A DNA stretch of 64,000 nucleotides, from positions 115,416-179,415 of the forward strand of contig JAEYWD010000062.1 in NCBI GenBank assembly GCA_023429135.1. The letters run 5' to 3'. The stretch is from Bacteroidota bacterium. GTDB taxonomy: Bacteria > Bacteroidota > Bacteroidia > Bacteroidales > JAAUTT01. Positions 48,885 to 60,362 of the stretch are shown here, in pieces; position 1 is the first letter of the stretch, and each line of letters starts with the position of its first letter. The notes under the pieces were generated by a model that had not been told where the DNA came from, searched no databases, and saw only the letters and a program-made list of their open reading frames with translations. The translations under genes were made by a program, and so were the position numbers.

Positions 48885-50180
48885 TTAACCTTTTAGTTCT
48901 TTCAGCTTTTGGTTTACAATTTCAAGCTTATCGTTCATTTTTAAACGATAATACAATGCTTTTAACGTTTCCAGCGGTGAAATTTCTTTTGGATTCAGTT
49001 CGCTTGCTTTTTCCATGTAAGGAATTGCTTTTTTGAATTGTTCCTCAGCCGCAGCTTTTTTCTCCAAATATTTCTTATTGTCGTTTTCATTAACAGCATC
49101 TTCCATCATCTTAACTGCAGAGTTATAATATACAACTGCAGCATTGTAATAAGCATCGAAATAAGTGGGATCAATTTCAATTGACTTATTATAAGCAGCT
49201 ATTGCATTATCTGCCTGTCCCATTTTATCGTAGAGGGTTCCTTCTGCAAAGTAAAATGACTTATTACCCGGATCGCTTGCTTTTGCTTTCGCCAGATATT
49301 CGAGAGCTTCTGCACTTTGTCCTTTAACCAGATAATAATTAATCAACTCTATTAAAATTGAAACGTTATCGGGATATTTCTGGAAGCCCTGTTGCAATGA
49401 AGCTAAAGCCTGAGCAGAATCTCCAGTGGCAGTATAAGCTTTGTTAAGGTCAAGATAGATCGATGGTGAGTTGTATTTCATATCGATTGCTTTCTTGAAA
49501 TATTTAATTGCTTCGGCTGGTTTTCCAGCTTCCGAAGCCGTTACCCCGGTGTAATAAGTAATAAGAGTGTCCGATACATTTACAAGAGGATTTTCGCTGA
49601 TTTCAACCATCGATTTGAAAGCTTCATGCGATTTGGCAAAATCCTTCAGGTTATATTCGTTTAAAGCCTGTTTTTCGAATTTGGTTTTAAGCTCCTTTAA
49701 ACCTTCAGTAATTTTCTTTTTCGATTTACCATCCTTGTCAAGTTCAATTGCTTTGTTATAACTGTTTAAAGCTTCTTTCAATGGTTGAGGATGGATCACC
49801 TGTGTTTCCTGCCAGCTCTTAACGTTTCCGCCTTCAATATTAACAATAACTCTTTCATACACATACTGTTCCACAACAGCATTATTCATTTCTACTTTTT
49901 TAATTTCCTTAGGATCTTTATAAAAAAGTTTTAACTCGTGAACTGGCATTGCATTACGCAGCATTTGGGTATTAACTTCAAAAATATCCTGGAAAGTTTT
50001 TGCTCTGTCAATCCATGTCTTTGGATCAGCTCCTTTCTTAGGATCCTGAATGGTCTGATCACTTTTTTGCATTTTTTTCTCCAGAGCATTGTAATTCAGT
50101 CCAGCTCCCCCTTCGGTTTGGGCGATAAGGCTGATGAAGCTTGCTGCTATCAATGCCAATAACAATGATATACGTTTCAT
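48885..50180 (-). CDS. Secreted tetratricopeptide-repeat protein
   Basis: 431 aa with a signal peptide and several TPR-like units (AIKYFKKAIDM..., ALEYLAKAKASDPGN..., AIAAYNKSIEIDPTY...). Confidence 0.8.
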   Translation of the reverse strand: MKRISLLLALIAASFISLIAQTEGGAGLNYNALEKKMQKSDQTIQDPKKGADPKTWIDRAKTFQDIFEVNTQMLRNAMPVHELKLFYKDPKEIKKVEMNNAVVEQYVYERVIVNIEGGNVKSWQETQVIHPQPLKEALNSYNKAIELDKDGKSKKKITEGLKELKTKFEKQALNEYNLKDFAKSHEAFKSMVEISENPLVNVSDTLITYYTGVTASEAGKPAEAIKYFKKAIDMKYNSPSIYLDLNKAYTATGDSAQALASLQQGFQKYPDNVSILIELINYYLVKGQSAEALEYLAKAKASDPGNKSFYFAEGTLYDKMGQADNAIAAYNKSIEIDPTYFDAYYNAAVVYYNSAVKMMEDAVNENDNKKYLEKKAAAEEQFKKAIPYMEKASELNPKEISPLETLKALYYRLKMNDKLEIVNQKLKELKG

Positions 50181-50273
50181 GATGAGATGATTTTGGTTTA
50201 ATTCGTTTTTAATCAGTGTGCAAATTTAAAAATTTTTATTTATTAATTTTCTTATACAAAAAAAAGGCCGAAA

Positions 50274-52781
50274 TTACTCTGAAGGCGTATTATTTTCGTT
50301 AATAGACTGACTATCACCAGAGTTATCTTCATGAATTTCTTCCGATTTAGCCACGTTTGTAACTGCTGCAATGGCGTCGTTGTTTCTCAAATTGATAACT
50401 TTTACTCCCTGGGTTGCTCGTCCTGCAAGTCGGATGTCGGATATTGGAAGCCTTATCGTAATTCCCGATTTTGTGATAATCATAAGATCATCATTATCAG
50501 TTACCCCTTTAATGGCAATTAATTTACCGGTCTTCTCAGTAATATTCAGTGTTTTTACACCTTTACCGCTGCGGTGTGTAACACGGTAATCCTCAATCTT
50601 TGAGCGCTTACCATATCCTTTTTCAGCGATTACCAGAATTTCTGTTTGAGGATTATCAACACAAACAATTCCAATAACCATATCATCTTCATCCTCAGAA
50701 AGACGAATAGCCCGAACACCAGAAGCAGTTCTTCCTACGGCACGGATGGCACTTTCGTTGAAGCGGATAGCCCTTCCCGACCGGATCGCAACTAAAATTT
50801 CATTACTACCATCAGTTAATTTGGCATCAATCAGATTGTCACCATCCTTGACGGTAATGGCTACTATCCCATTTTGTCGTGGTCTGGAGAAGTCTGATAA
50901 CTCCATCTTTTTGATGATACCATTTTTTGTGCAGAGTACTACAAAATGGTTTTGAGTGTAGTCGGGATCAGCAAGGTTTTTAACATTGATAAAAGCACGC
51001 ACGGCATCATCCTGATCGATATTCAGCATATTCTGAATAGCTCTTCCTTTCGAATCTTTTGTTCCTTCAGGCACGTCGTAAACTTTGAGCCAGAAGCATT
51101 TACCTTTTTCCGTAAAGAAAAGTATGTAGTTATGCATGGTGGCTGAAAACAAGTGCTCGAGGTAATCTTCATCGCGGGTTCTACTGCCGCGGGAACCGAC
51201 TCCTCCCCTGCTTTGGGTCCTGAATTCGGTTAATGGAGTACGTTTTATATAACCAAGATTGGAGATGGTAATTACCATTTCATCGTCGGCATAAAAATCC
51301 TCCGGGTTGAATTCTTCGGCATTACGCACTATTTCGGTACGCCTTTCATCACCATATTTCTGTTTCAACTCGGCAAGTTCGTCTTTGATGATCTGCATTC
51401 TCAATTGTTCATCGGCCAAAATCTGACGTAGATATTCAATAAGTTTCATCAGCTCAGCATATTCCTCCTTGATCTTATCTCTTTCAAGACCAGTCAGTCT
51501 TTGCAGTCTCATTTCAAGAATTGCTTTAGCTTGAATTTCAGTCAGGTTAAAGGTCTGCATCAATCCGTCCTTAGCTTCGTCGGGAGTTTTTGAAGCACGG
51601 ATAAGCGCTATTACTTCATCCAGATGATCCAAGGCTATCAGCAAACCTTCCAGGATATGGGCTTTCTTTTCGGCTTGATCCAGATCGTACTGGGTACGCT
51701 TAATCACCACTTCGTGCCGGTGCTGAACATAATAATGTATAAGCTGCTTGAGGTTGAGCGTTTTTGGACGGCCGTTCACCAATGCAATGTTGTTGACATT
51801 GAATGAATTCTGGAGCTGCGTATATTTGTAAAGATTGTTCAAAACAACATTAGCGCGGGCTTCTCTTTTCAGGATGATGACAATACGCATCCCTGAACGA
51901 TCCGATTCGTCGTTGATATATGAAATCCCTTCAATTTTCTTTTCGTTGATAAGGTCGGCCGTTTTTTTAATGAGTTCGGCTTTGTTGACCATGTAAGGAA
52001 TTTCGGTAATGATAATTTTATCCCTGCCTGAAGAGGTCACTTCCACCTCAGAACGGGCTCGAACAACAATACGACCACGTCCGGTTTCATAAGCTTCTTT
52101 AACTCCCTGGTAACCATAGATAATAGCGCCTGTTGGAAAATCAGGAGCTTTAACATGTTTCATCAACTCTTCGATGGTAATTTCGTTGTTGTCGATATAG
52201 GCAACAATTGCATCGCAAACTTCCCTTAGATTGTGGGGAGGCATATTGGTTGCCATCCCTACGGCAATACCCGAGGTACCATTTACCAAAAGATTGGGAA
52301 CTTTTGCCGGGAGCACTTTTGGTTCTTCCAGTGAGTCGTCGAAGTTTAGCTGGAAATCGACCGTGTTTTTATCAATATCAGCCAGCATTTCTTCTGCAAT
52401 TTTGCGCATACGTGCTTCGGTATAACGCATTGCAGCAGGACTATCGCCGTCGACCGAGCCAAAGTTTCCCTGACCATCAACCATCATGTAGCGGAGAGAC
52501 CAGGGCTGAGCCATACGAACCATAGCATCGTAAACGGAAGTATCACCATGCGGGTGATATTTACCAAGCACCTCTCCTACAATTCTGGCGGATTTTTTAT
52601 AAGGTCTGTTAGAAAATACACCTAGCTCAGACATTCCATATAAAACCCTCCGGTGAACTGGTTTAAGACCATCCCTTACGTCGGGTAAAGCTCTGGAAAC
52701 AATTACGGACATCGAATAGTCGATGTATGCCGATTTCATTTCCTCTTCAATATTAATTCGAATAATACGTTCTTCTTCCAT
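50274..52781 (-). CDS. gyrA: DNA gyrase subunit A
   Basis: 835 aa. [30 protein letters not shown] and [12 protein letters not shown], followed by C-terminal beta-pinwheel repeats. Confidence 0.98.
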   Translation of the reverse strand: MEEERIIRINIEEEMKSAYIDYSMSVIVSRALPDVRDGLKPVHRRVLYGMSELGVFSNRPYKKSARIVGEVLGKYHPHGDTSVYDAMVRMAQPWSLRYMMVDGQGNFGSVDGDSPAAMRYTEARMRKIAEEMLADIDKNTVDFQLNFDDSLEEPKVLPAKVPNLLVNGTSGIAVGMATNMPPHNLREVCDAIVAYIDNNEITIEELMKHVKAPDFPTGAIIYGYQGVKEAYETGRGRIVVRARSEVEVTSSGRDKIIITEIPYMVNKAELIKKTADLINEKKIEGISYINDESDRSGMRIVIILKREARANVVLNNLYKYTQLQNSFNVNNIALVNGRPKTLNLKQLIHYYVQHRHEVVIKRTQYDLDQAEKKAHILEGLLIALDHLDEVIALIRASKTPDEAKDGLMQTFNLTEIQAKAILEMRLQRLTGLERDKIKEEYAELMKLIEYLRQILADEQLRMQIIKDELAELKQKYGDERRTEIVRNAEEFNPEDFYADDEMVITISNLGYIKRTPLTEFRTQSRGGVGSRGSRTRDEDYLEHLFSATMHNYILFFTEKGKCFWLKVYDVPEGTKDSKGRAIQNMLNIDQDDAVRAFINVKNLADPDYTQNHFVVLCTKNGIIKKMELSDFSRPRQNGIVAITVKDGDNLIDAKLTDGSNEILVAIRSGRAIRFNESAIRAVGRTASGVRAIRLSEDEDDMVIGIVCVDNPQTEILVIAEKGYGKRSKIEDYRVTHRSGKGVKTLNITEKTGKLIAIKGVTDNDDLMIITKSGITIRLPISDIRLAGRATQGVKVINLRNNDAIAAVTNVAKSEEIHEDNSGDSQSINENNTPSE

Positions 52782-52927
52782 TCGTAAAAATTTGTTTTCG
52801 CTTATAAATCAAGCATATACAATATATCCAAAGTTTACTAAAGTAGGTATTTTTTCCCTAACTGAGGCTAATTGCGAAACTAATTTATTAACATCTTATT
52901 GTTTAAAATTGCGAACTTTTTTGTTAC

Positions 52928-52946
52928 TATATTTGTATTAGATTTG
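52928..52946 (+). promoter_or_regulatory. Two adjacent -7-type boxes (TATATTTG, TAGATTTG) upstream of clpC
   Basis: Exact TAnnTTTG matches at 52928-52935 and 52939-52946. There is no clear -33 element. Confidence 0.35.
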
Positions 52947-52993
52947 TAATTTAGATACAACGAAATTGCTTCGAAATTTAAGAAAGGCATTTT

Positions 52994-55537
52994 ATGGATG
53001 CAAAATTTTCACAACGCATTAAAGACGTATTGAATTATAGCCGTGAGGAAGCTTTACGTCTTGGGCATAATACCATTTCCACTGAACATCTTTTTTTGGG
53101 CATTTTACGCGACGGAGAGGGTGATGCTATCGAGGTACTGTTATCGCTTGGAGCTGACTTGTATGAAATTCGGAAAACTATTGAGACCAGAATAAAACCC
53201 GAAAAATATATTCCTGTTAAAGAAAACGATAACATACCTTTATTAAAGTCGGCCGACAGGGTTTTAAAATTAGTACATCTTGAAGCGCGTTCGTTCAAAT
53301 CGGAGTTTGTGGATACCGGTCATTTATTGCTTGCCATCCTGAAGGATGAAAAAGCTTTTGTTACCCAAGTTTTAAACGAGTTAAACATTGATTATTTTAC
53401 TGTGAAAGAAGAATTAGAAAGTTATGATATAGAATCCCGTTCAGACTTTCCCGGAGGAGGAAATGAAGACGATGATGATGATGCCCGGGGTGGCCAGTTT
53501 GGTCAGAATAAGCCCGGAAGTGGAGCACCCCAGCCTGGGAAATCGGGATCGGAAACACCGGTACTCGACAATTTTGGTGTTGATTTAACCAAAGCTGCCG
53601 AAGAAAACAGGCTTGATCCCATTGTAGGCCGTGAAAAGGAAATAGAGCGTTTGGCTCAGATTCTCAGCCGTCGTAAGAAAAACAACCCGATTCTCATTGG
53701 AGAGCCTGGTGTTGGTAAATCGGCGATTGTTGAAGGGCTTGCTCTTAGAATTATTCAGCGTAAAGTTTCCCGCGTTTTGTTCGGGAAACGAGTTGTAACT
53801 CTTGATCTGGCATCTATTGTAGCTGGTACAAAATACCGCGGACAATTTGAGGAGCGGATGAAAGCCATCCTTAACGAATTGGCAAAAAACAATAATGTGA
53901 TTTTGTTTATCGACGAAATTCACACGATTGTTGGAGCAGGTGGTGCCACCGGATCGCTTGATGCTGCCAATATGTTGAAACCGGCCCTCGCCCGTGGCGA
54001 AATCCAATGCATTGGAGCAACCACCCTGGACGAATATCGCCAGCATATCGAAAAAGACGGAGCTTTGGAACGCCGATTCCAGAAAGTAATGGTTGAACCG
54101 ACTTCTGCCGAGGAGACTGTTGAAATTCTGAATAATATTAAGGAGCGCTACGAAGAACATCATAATGTTTTTTACACTCCTGAAGCAGTTCAGGCGTGCG
54201 TAAAGCTCACAGAAAGATATATCTCCGACAGACATTTACCCGATAAGGCAATTGATGCTTTAGATGAATCGGGCTCCCGTGTTCATATTTCGAATATTGT
54301 AGTTCCCGAGAGAATTCTTGATCTTGAAAAACATATCGAAGAAGCTAAGAAAGAAAAAATAAAAGCCGTTAAAAATCAGAATTTTGAAAAGGCCGCAAGC
54401 TTCCGTGATAAAGAAAAGGAACTACTTGAACGTCTAGAAGACGAGAAAGTTAAATGGGAAAAAGAATTAGCTAAAAACCGTGTAACTGTTGATGAAGAAA
54501 AAGTAGCCGAAGTGGTAGCCATGATGACCGGTGTACCGGTTCAACGTATTGCTCAGGCTGAAGGTATCCGGTTGCTTAAGATGCATGAAACCATTAAAGG
54601 CAGTGTAATCGGTCAGGATGAAGCTATTGAAAAGGTTGTAAAGAGTATTCAGCGTAACCGCGCAGGTCTGAAAGATCCTAACAAACCCATAGGAACATTT
54701 ATTTTCCTTGGTCCTACCGGCGTTGGTAAAACACAATTGGCAAAAGTTTTAGCAAGATATTTGTTCGATTCTACCGATAACCTGATTCGTATCGACATGA
54801 GCGAATATATGGAGAAATTTAGTGTATCCCGACTTGTAGGAGCGCCTCCGGGTTATATTGGTTACGAAGAAGGTGGTCAGTTGACCGAAAAAGTTCGCCG
54901 CAGACCCTATTCGGTTGTACTGCTCGATGAAATAGAAAAAGCACATCCGGATGTGTTTCATATTTTGCTGCAGGTGCTCGATGAAGGCCAGTTAACTGAT
55001 AGTTTGGGTCGTCGTGTCGATTTTAAGAATACTATTATTATTATGACATCGAATATTGGTACCCGCCAGTTAAAGGATTTCGGACAAGGTGTAGGTTTTA
55101 ATACCGCAGCTAAACAAGCGCAGAATAACGAATATGCTAAAAGCGTAATTCAAAGTGCCTTAAAGAAAGCTTTTGCACCTGAATTCCTGAACCGTATTGA
55201 TGACGTTATCATGTTTAATACCTTATCCAAAGCAGAGATCTTTAAGATTATCGATATTGAATTAAAGGGGTTGTTCGATAGAGTTACGGCATTGGGATAT
55301 CAGATCAAAATTTCACCTTCTGCAAAAGAATTCCTCACCGATAAAGGATTCGATATCAACTTTGGTGCACGGCCTTTGAAGAGAGCAATTCAGAAATATC
55401 TTGAAGATCCTATGGCTGAAGTAATTATCAAATCATCTATTGTCGAAGGTGATGTAATTAACGTAGGCTATAATAAGAAAAAAGAAAACCTGAGCATTAA
55501 AGTCTCAAAAGGACATATGGAAGTTGAAGAGAATTAA
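52994..55537 (+). CDS. clpC: ATP-dependent Clp protease ATP-binding subunit (ClpC-type, two AAA+ modules)
   Basis: 847 aa. Clp_N repeats, Walker A motifs GEPGVGKS and GPTGVGKT, and an acidic/Gly-rich linker. Confidence 0.95.
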   Translation: MDAKFSQRIKDVLNYSREEALRLGHNTISTEHLFLGILRDGEGDAIEVLLSLGADLYEIRKTIETRIKPEKYIPVKENDNIPLLKSADRVLKLVHLEARSFKSEFVDTGHLLLAILKDEKAFVTQVLNELNIDYFTVKEELESYDIESRSDFPGGGNEDDDDDARGGQFGQNKPGSGAPQPGKSGSETPVLDNFGVDLTKAAEENRLDPIVGREKEIERLAQILSRRKKNNPILIGEPGVGKSAIVEGLALRIIQRKVSRVLFGKRVVTLDLASIVAGTKYRGQFEERMKAILNELAKNNNVILFIDEIHTIVGAGGATGSLDAANMLKPALARGEIQCIGATTLDEYRQHIEKDGALERRFQKVMVEPTSAEETVEILNNIKERYEEHHNVFYTPEAVQACVKLTERYISDRHLPDKAIDALDESGSRVHISNIVVPERILDLEKHIEEAKKEKIKAVKNQNFEKAASFRDKEKELLERLEDEKVKWEKELAKNRVTVDEEKVAEVVAMMTGVPVQRIAQAEGIRLLKMHETIKGSVIGQDEAIEKVVKSIQRNRAGLKDPNKPIGTFIFLGPTGVGKTQLAKVLARYLFDSTDNLIRIDMSEYMEKFSVSRLVGAPPGYIGYEEGGQLTEKVRRRPYSVVLLDEIEKAHPDVFHILLQVLDEGQLTDSLGRRVDFKNTIIIMTSNIGTRQLKDFGQGVGFNTAAKQAQNNEYAKSVIQSALKKAFAPEFLNRIDDVIMFNTLSKAEIFKIIDIELKGLFDRVTALGYQIKISPSAKEFLTDKGFDINFGARPLKRAIQKYLEDPMAEVIIKSSIVEGDVINVGYNKKKENLSIKVSKGHMEVEEN

Positions 55538-55555
55538 TTATTAACACATAAAATA

Positions 55556-55595
55556 AAAAACCTCTGGAGATTGCTTCAGAGGTTTTTATTTTATT
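55556..55595 (+). terminator. Intrinsic terminator after clpC
   Basis: AAAAACCTCTGGA gattgct TCAGAGGTTTTT followed by ATTTTATT. Confidence 0.8.
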
Positions 55596-55859
55596 ATAAG
55601 TGATCGGAAATTCGACGAACCAATAATCCACTGCTACATGGCTGCTAAGCTGCAGAGCAGTGAACCTATTTGTAGACATTCAGTTATGAAATCTTTTAGC
55701 CGCATCGCGGTGACCTATATCTTTCCAAATTATTCCGACTGATCTGGATGAAAAATAGATAGCGAGCTTTATGCAACTTCTAAGAGGTTGATGAGAATCG
55801 ATTATCCATCTGGTCTCCAATAGTGTAACGCCTACAGCGTTGTTGGTCCACCGCTAAAT

Positions 55860-57170
55860 TCAGATCACCTCCCCAAAAAGGTCATATTCAGTTGCATCAG
55901 TAATTTTAACATTATAAAAGTTCCCGGCAATCAGTTTTATATCTTTTTTTTCAATCAATACTTCATTATCAACTTCGGGAGAGTCGAATTCAGTACGTCC
56001 GATATAAAACTCCTCCTCCTCCCTATCCACAATCACCCTGAAAGTTGAACCAACCTTTGCCTGGTTATGCTGTAAAGAAATTTCCTGCTGAATATCCATT
56101 AACTCCTCCACACGGGCTTCTTTGACTTTTTCAGGAACATTGTCCTTAAATTGTCTGTGTGCATGGGTATTCTCTTCGTGAGAATAAGGGAAAATACCTA
56201 AGCGGTCGAAACGCGCTTCCTGAATAAAGGACTTCAACTCCTCAAAGTCAGCTTCCGTTTCTTCGGGAAAGCCAGTGAGTAAAGTTGTGCGGATGGCAAT
56301 ACCTTTAACTTCGGCCTTGAGCTTTGCAATAAGCTTCACAATTTCATCCTTGCTTGAACTACGGCGCATTTTCAGTAGCACCGAATTGGAAATATGCTGA
56401 ACCGGAATATCCAGGTATTTACAAACCTTGGGATTGTTTTTGATTTCCAGAATCAAATCCTCAGGAAATTTATGAGGATAAGCATAATGCAGACGAATCC
56501 ATGCAATCCCCTCAATTTTCGATAACTCCTGAATAAGCTTTGTAATTTCCTGCTTTTTATAAAGATCAAGACCATAATATGTTAGGTCCTGAGCAATCAG
56601 GATCAGTTCCTTTACTCCTTTAGCGGCAAGCTGGGCAGCTTCGGCAGTCAGCTCTTCGATTGGTCGCGAAATATGTTTTCCGCGAATCAACGGAATAGCG
56701 CAGAAAGCACATGTACGGTCACACCCTTCCGACACTTTTAAATAAGCGAAGTGGGGTAAGGTAGTCTGCTTGCGGCTTCCAATAAGTTCATTGCGATATT
56801 CTGTTCCGAGCACTTTCAACACCTGAGGCAAAGAATTTACACCAAAAAACTGGTTTACTTCAGGAATTTCCTTTTCAAGATCTTTTTTATAACGTTCAGC
56901 CAAACAGCCTATTACATATAAATTTTCAATTTTGCCTTTAACCTTTGCTTTTGCAAATTGCAAAATAGTATCCACTGATTCTTCTTTTGCATCTTTGATA
57001 AAGCCGCAAGTGTTAATTATCACCGTCTTAGCCTTTGTGGATGAAGAGTCGTGCATCAGTGTAAACCCGGATGCTTCGAGTTGGCCCATCAGCTTTTCGG
57101 AGTCTACCAGGTTTTTGGAGCATCCTAAAGTAACGAGATTTATAAGTTTTCGTTTGGTATTATATGCCAT
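55860..57170 (-). CDS. rimO: Ribosomal protein S12 methylthiotransferase
   Basis: 436 aa. LVTLGCSKNLVDSE, the radical-SAM motif CDRTCAFCAIP, and a C-terminal TRAM domain. Confidence 0.9.
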   Translation of the reverse strand: MAYNTKRKLINLVTLGCSKNLVDSEKLMGQLEASGFTLMHDSSSTKAKTVIINTCGFIKDAKEESVDTILQFAKAKVKGKIENLYVIGCLAERYKKDLEKEIPEVNQFFGVNSLPQVLKVLGTEYRNELIGSRKQTTLPHFAYLKVSEGCDRTCAFCAIPLIRGKHISRPIEELTAEAAQLAAKGVKELILIAQDLTYYGLDLYKKQEITKLIQELSKIEGIAWIRLHYAYPHKFPEDLILEIKNNPKVCKYLDIPVQHISNSVLLKMRRSSSKDEIVKLIAKLKAEVKGIAIRTTLLTGFPEETEADFEELKSFIQEARFDRLGIFPYSHEENTHAHRQFKDNVPEKVKEARVEELMDIQQEISLQHNQAKVGSTFRVIVDREEEEFYIGRTEFDSPEVDNEVLIEKKDIKLIAGNFYNVKITDATEYDLFGEVI

Positions 57171-57266
57171 TAATGGTCAAGTGTGAGGTGTGAAATATGA
57201 AGTATAAATGAGTCCATAGCCGATAGCTGATGGACCATAGAAAACAGCCAAAATGCAAAAAGCTTA

Positions 57267-58226
57267 TTACATTTCGGTGAAAAGGGAATTTACAAATTCG
57301 GTTTTATTAAAGAGAAGGAGGTCGTCCATAGTTTCGCCCACGCCAATATAGCGCACTGGAATCTTGAACTGATCGGAAATACCTATTACCACTCCCCCTT
57401 TGGCTGTTCCATCGAGTTTTGTGAGTGCCATAGCAGTAACATCAGTCGCCAGGGTGAATTGCTTGGCCTGTTCGAAGGCATTCTGGCCTGTGGAACCATC
57501 CAAAATAAGGAGAACTTCATGTGGGGCATCCGGAACAACCTTTTGCATCACCTTTTTGATTTTGCTCAACTCATTCATCAGGTTTACCTTGTTATGAAGA
57601 CGACCAGCAGTGTCGATAATCACCACATCGGCGTCGTTTGCAACGGCAGAATTCAAGGTATCGAAAGCTACAGAAGCTGGATCTGCACCCATAGTTTGTT
57701 TCACAATTTCAACACCAACACGCTGCGACCATATAACAAGCTGATCGATAGCAGCAGCTCGGAAAGTATCAGCAGCACCCAGATAAACTTTTTTTCCCGC
57801 TTTTTTGAAATTATAGGCCAGTTTCCCGATGGTGGTAGTTTTACCAACACCATTCACCCCAACTACCATAATCACGTAAGGCTTTTTGGTTAACAGAGAG
57901 GCAAAATCAGAAACATCAGTAGTATTATTTTCGTTCAGAAGACGTGCAATTTCTTCTTTAAGTATGCCGTTTAATTCATTAGTGCTCATATATTTATCAC
58001 GAGAAACCCTTTCTTCAATCCGACGAATAATTTTCAGGGTTGTTTCAACACCAACATCAGAAGTTATCAGGACCTCCTCCAGGTTATCCAGAACCTCGTC
58101 GTCGACTTTCGATTTACCAACTATAGCACGGGAAATTTTTTTAAGAACACTATCCTTGGTTTTTTCGAGACCTTTGTCCAGCGTTTCCTTTTCTTTTTTC
58201 GGGCGGGAAAAAAAGTTAAATGCCAT
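57267..58226 (-). CDS. ftsY: Signal recognition particle receptor FtsY
   Basis: 319 aa. GVNGVGKTTTIGKLA, DTAGRLHNK, TKLDGTAKGG. Confidence 0.95.
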   Translation of the reverse strand: MAFNFFSRPKKEKETLDKGLEKTKDSVLKKISRAIVGKSKVDDEVLDNLEEVLITSDVGVETTLKIIRRIEERVSRDKYMSTNELNGILKEEIARLLNENNTTDVSDFASLLTKKPYVIMVVGVNGVGKTTTIGKLAYNFKKAGKKVYLGAADTFRAAAIDQLVIWSQRVGVEIVKQTMGADPASVAFDTLNSAVANDADVVIIDTAGRLHNKVNLMNELSKIKKVMQKVVPDAPHEVLLILDGSTGQNAFEQAKQFTLATDVTAMALTKLDGTAKGGVVIGISDQFKIPVRYIGVGETMDDLLLFNKTEFVNSLFTEM

Positions 58227-58305
58227 TTTTTATCCTCCTATAATAGAAAAAAAGCCTTCTCCCATAGAAGAAAGCTTTTCTGTACTTATATAATTCCAAT
58301 CAAAT

Positions 58306-58464
58306 TTATTTTTTAGCGAGGAAGTCTTTTACTTCTTCAGTAGGAACGATTTCTTCAACGAAACCGTACGATCCGGTTTTTTCGGATTTAACCATTTTAA
58401 TAACTTTAGCAACTCCTTTACCTACACCTTTTTGTTTCAGCGTTGCAACTACTTTCTTTGCCAT
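58306..58464 (-). CDS. DUF4295-family small protein (52 aa), below the ORF-track cutoff
   Basis: Hand translation gives MAKKVVATLKQKGVGKGVAKVIKMVKSEKTGSYGFVEEIVPTEEVKDFLAKK*. Its position right after rpmG is typical of Bacteroidota. Confidence 0.75.
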   Translation of the reverse strand: MAKKVVATLKQKGVGKGVAKVIKMVKSEKTGSYGFVEEIVPTEEVKDFLAKK

Positions 58465-58473
58465 AGTCTAGAA

Positions 58474-58656
58474 TTATTTAATTTCTTTATGAACTGTTAC
58501 TTTCTTGAGAATTGGGTTATATTTTTTCAATTCCAAACGCTCAGTAGTATTTTTTTTGTTTTTGGTTGTGATATAACGGGAAGTTCCTGGCATTCCACTG
58601 TCTTTGTGCTCAGTGCATTCCATAATAACCTGAACCCTGTTTCCTTTTTTTGCCAT
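58474..58656 (-). CDS. rpmG: 50S ribosomal protein L33
   Basis: 60 aa. [18 protein letters not shown]...[22 protein letters not shown]. Confidence 0.97.
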   Translation of the reverse strand: MAKKGNRVQVIMECTEHKDSGMPGTSRYITTKNKKNTTERLELKKYNPILKKVTVHKEIK

Positions 58657-58668
58657 GATGATAAATTT

Positions 58669-58911
58669 TTAATATTCCCTAATAAATCCTTTTTCTTTAG
58701 CTTCTTTCAATGCAGGTAATAAACCTTTTTTCGAGATGGTTTTAATTCCTGCTGCGGTTACTTTTAACGTAATCCAACGGTTTTCGTCTTCAAGGAAAAA
58801 CTTCTTAGAAAATAAATTTGGCTCGTATGTTCTCTTTGTTCTCCTTTTAGAGTGCGAAACATTGTTTCCCATCATCACACCCTTCCCGGTTATTTGACAA
58901 ATCTTAGACAT
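58669..58911 (-). CDS. rpmB: 50S ribosomal protein L28
   Basis: 80 aa. MSKICQITGKGVMMGNNVSHSKRRTKRTYEPNL. Confidence 0.97.
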   Translation of the reverse strand: MSKICQITGKGVMMGNNVSHSKRRTKRTYEPNLFSKKFFLEDENRWITLKVTAAGIKTISKKGLLPALKEAKEKGFIREY

Positions 58912-59008
58912 GTTGTTTTTTAATTAATTCCACGTTTGTAAATCAGGTCGCAAAAGTCGTTATAAAAATTTAATTCACCAAATTTTCTGAAAAATTTTTC
59001 AACTTTTT

Positions 59009-60262
59009 TTAAACACCCTGCAAATCCTTTAAAACCTGCAACCGGAGCATGTTTAAGGCCGAAACTGTTGCGCGCGTAATATTTCTTTCGCGGTTATCAC
59101 CATACAAAAATTTCGACGAAACCACCCCAATGCCATTAAAAACAGCAATCCAAACAGTACCCACTGGTTTCTCGGCAGAACCGCCATCGGGGCCTGCAAT
59201 TCCGGAAATGCCAATGCCATAATCCGAACCGAATTTTACAGCCACATTCCTGGCCATTTCTTCTACAACCTCTCTGGAGACAGCGCCATTTTCCTCCAGG
59301 GCTTTTTGACTTATACCAAGAACCGACTTTTTGATTTCGTTCGAATAAGCCACCACTCCCCCATGGAAATAACCGGAACTTCCCGGCATCAAAGTGAGTA
59401 AATGAGCAATATTTCCACCGGTGCAACTTTCGGCCACAGCCAATGTTTTTTTATTGGTTAACAAAAGTTTACCAATAATTATTTCAACTTTTACATCATC
59501 ATCAAAGAACAGTTTTTCACCTATGAGCGGCTTAAGAAGGTCGATTTGGTTGGAAACCTCACTTTCCAGAATAGCTTTATCGTTACCAGAGGCAGAAATC
59601 CGAAGACGAATAATTCCCGGTGATGGCAGGTAAGCAAGCTTCATATAAGGCGGCAAAGCATTTTCCCAGGAAGCTATATTTAAAGCAAGTGCCGATTCGG
59701 AAATGCCATGTACCATTACCGTTTTGTGCACGATTGCAGGAGTTTTAAAATAGGCTTTTACAGCAGGCAGGATTTCCTTCTCCATCATCATAATCATTTC
59801 GAAGGGGACCCCAGGCATTGAGACCAGTACTTTCCCGTTTTTCTCAAACCACATTCCTGCAGCCGTTCCGCAAGCATTAGGCATTACTTTGCATAATTCG
59901 GGTAATTCAGCCTGTTTTACATTGAGCTCATTCATCGGGACATTACGTTGACCGAGCAGACTCGTAACATGAGCCAGAACTGCTTCATTCAATTTTAAAG
60001 AGCAGTTAAAATATTCGGCCAGCGTATGTTTGGTAATATCATCCTTAGTTGGTCCTAAACCACCGGTCATCAGGATCAAATCGGCCCGTGAAAAAGAATC
60101 GTCCACAGCATTTATGATTTCCTGTTTATTATCTGAAACAGAAATAATTCTATTCACTCTTATACCAATTGCATTTAACTGCTGACCCATCCAGGCAGAG
60201 TTGGTGTCTACAATCTGACCGATTAAAATCTCGTCGCCTATGGTGATTATTTCAGCTTGCAT
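59009..60262 (-). CDS. cinA: CinA-family competence/damage-inducible protein (MoCF-binding domain plus nicotinamide-nucleotide amidohydrolase domain)
   Basis: 417 aa. AEIITIGDEILIGQIVDTNSAWM..., TGGLGPTKDDITK..., AVAESCTGG. Confidence 0.9.
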   Translation of the reverse strand: MQAEIITIGDEILIGQIVDTNSAWMGQQLNAIGIRVNRIISVSDNKQEIINAVDDSFSRADLILMTGGLGPTKDDITKHTLAEYFNCSLKLNEAVLAHVTSLLGQRNVPMNELNVKQAELPELCKVMPNACGTAAGMWFEKNGKVLVSMPGVPFEMIMMMEKEILPAVKAYFKTPAIVHKTVMVHGISESALALNIASWENALPPYMKLAYLPSPGIIRLRISASGNDKAILESEVSNQIDLLKPLIGEKLFFDDDVKVEIIIGKLLLTNKKTLAVAESCTGGNIAHLLTLMPGSSGYFHGGVVAYSNEIKKSVLGISQKALEENGAVSREVVEEMARNVAVKFGSDYGIGISGIAGPDGGSAEKPVGTVWIAVFNGIGVVSSKFLYGDNRERNITRATVSALNMLRLQVLKDLQGV

Positions 60263-60326
60263 TATTTAGGAGTTTAGGGTCTTAGTAACTAAGGTTTTAG
60301 GTAAAACTGAAACGCAGTAATATCCT

Positions 60327-60355
60327 AAAATAAAAAAGGTTGCCGTAACAACCTT
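60327..60355 (-). terminator. Intrinsic terminator 7 nt after tRNA-Gly
   Basis: Stem AAGGTTG/CAACCTT followed on the minus strand by TTTTATTTT. Confidence 0.7.
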
Positions 60356-60362
60356 AATTTTG

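Noticed and set aside
53585-54235. 216-aa ORF antisense to clpC. Similar long antisense ORFs occur at 17596..18126, 32660..33136, 57886..58293, 23487..23912 and 35947..36342.
   Set aside because: Each lies entirely inside, and opposite to, a gene with unmistakable conserved motifs (ClpC, GH97, Ptb, FtsY, RocD, Pta). Their translations are low-complexity or compositionally odd with no recognisable motifs. They are typical shadow ORFs.
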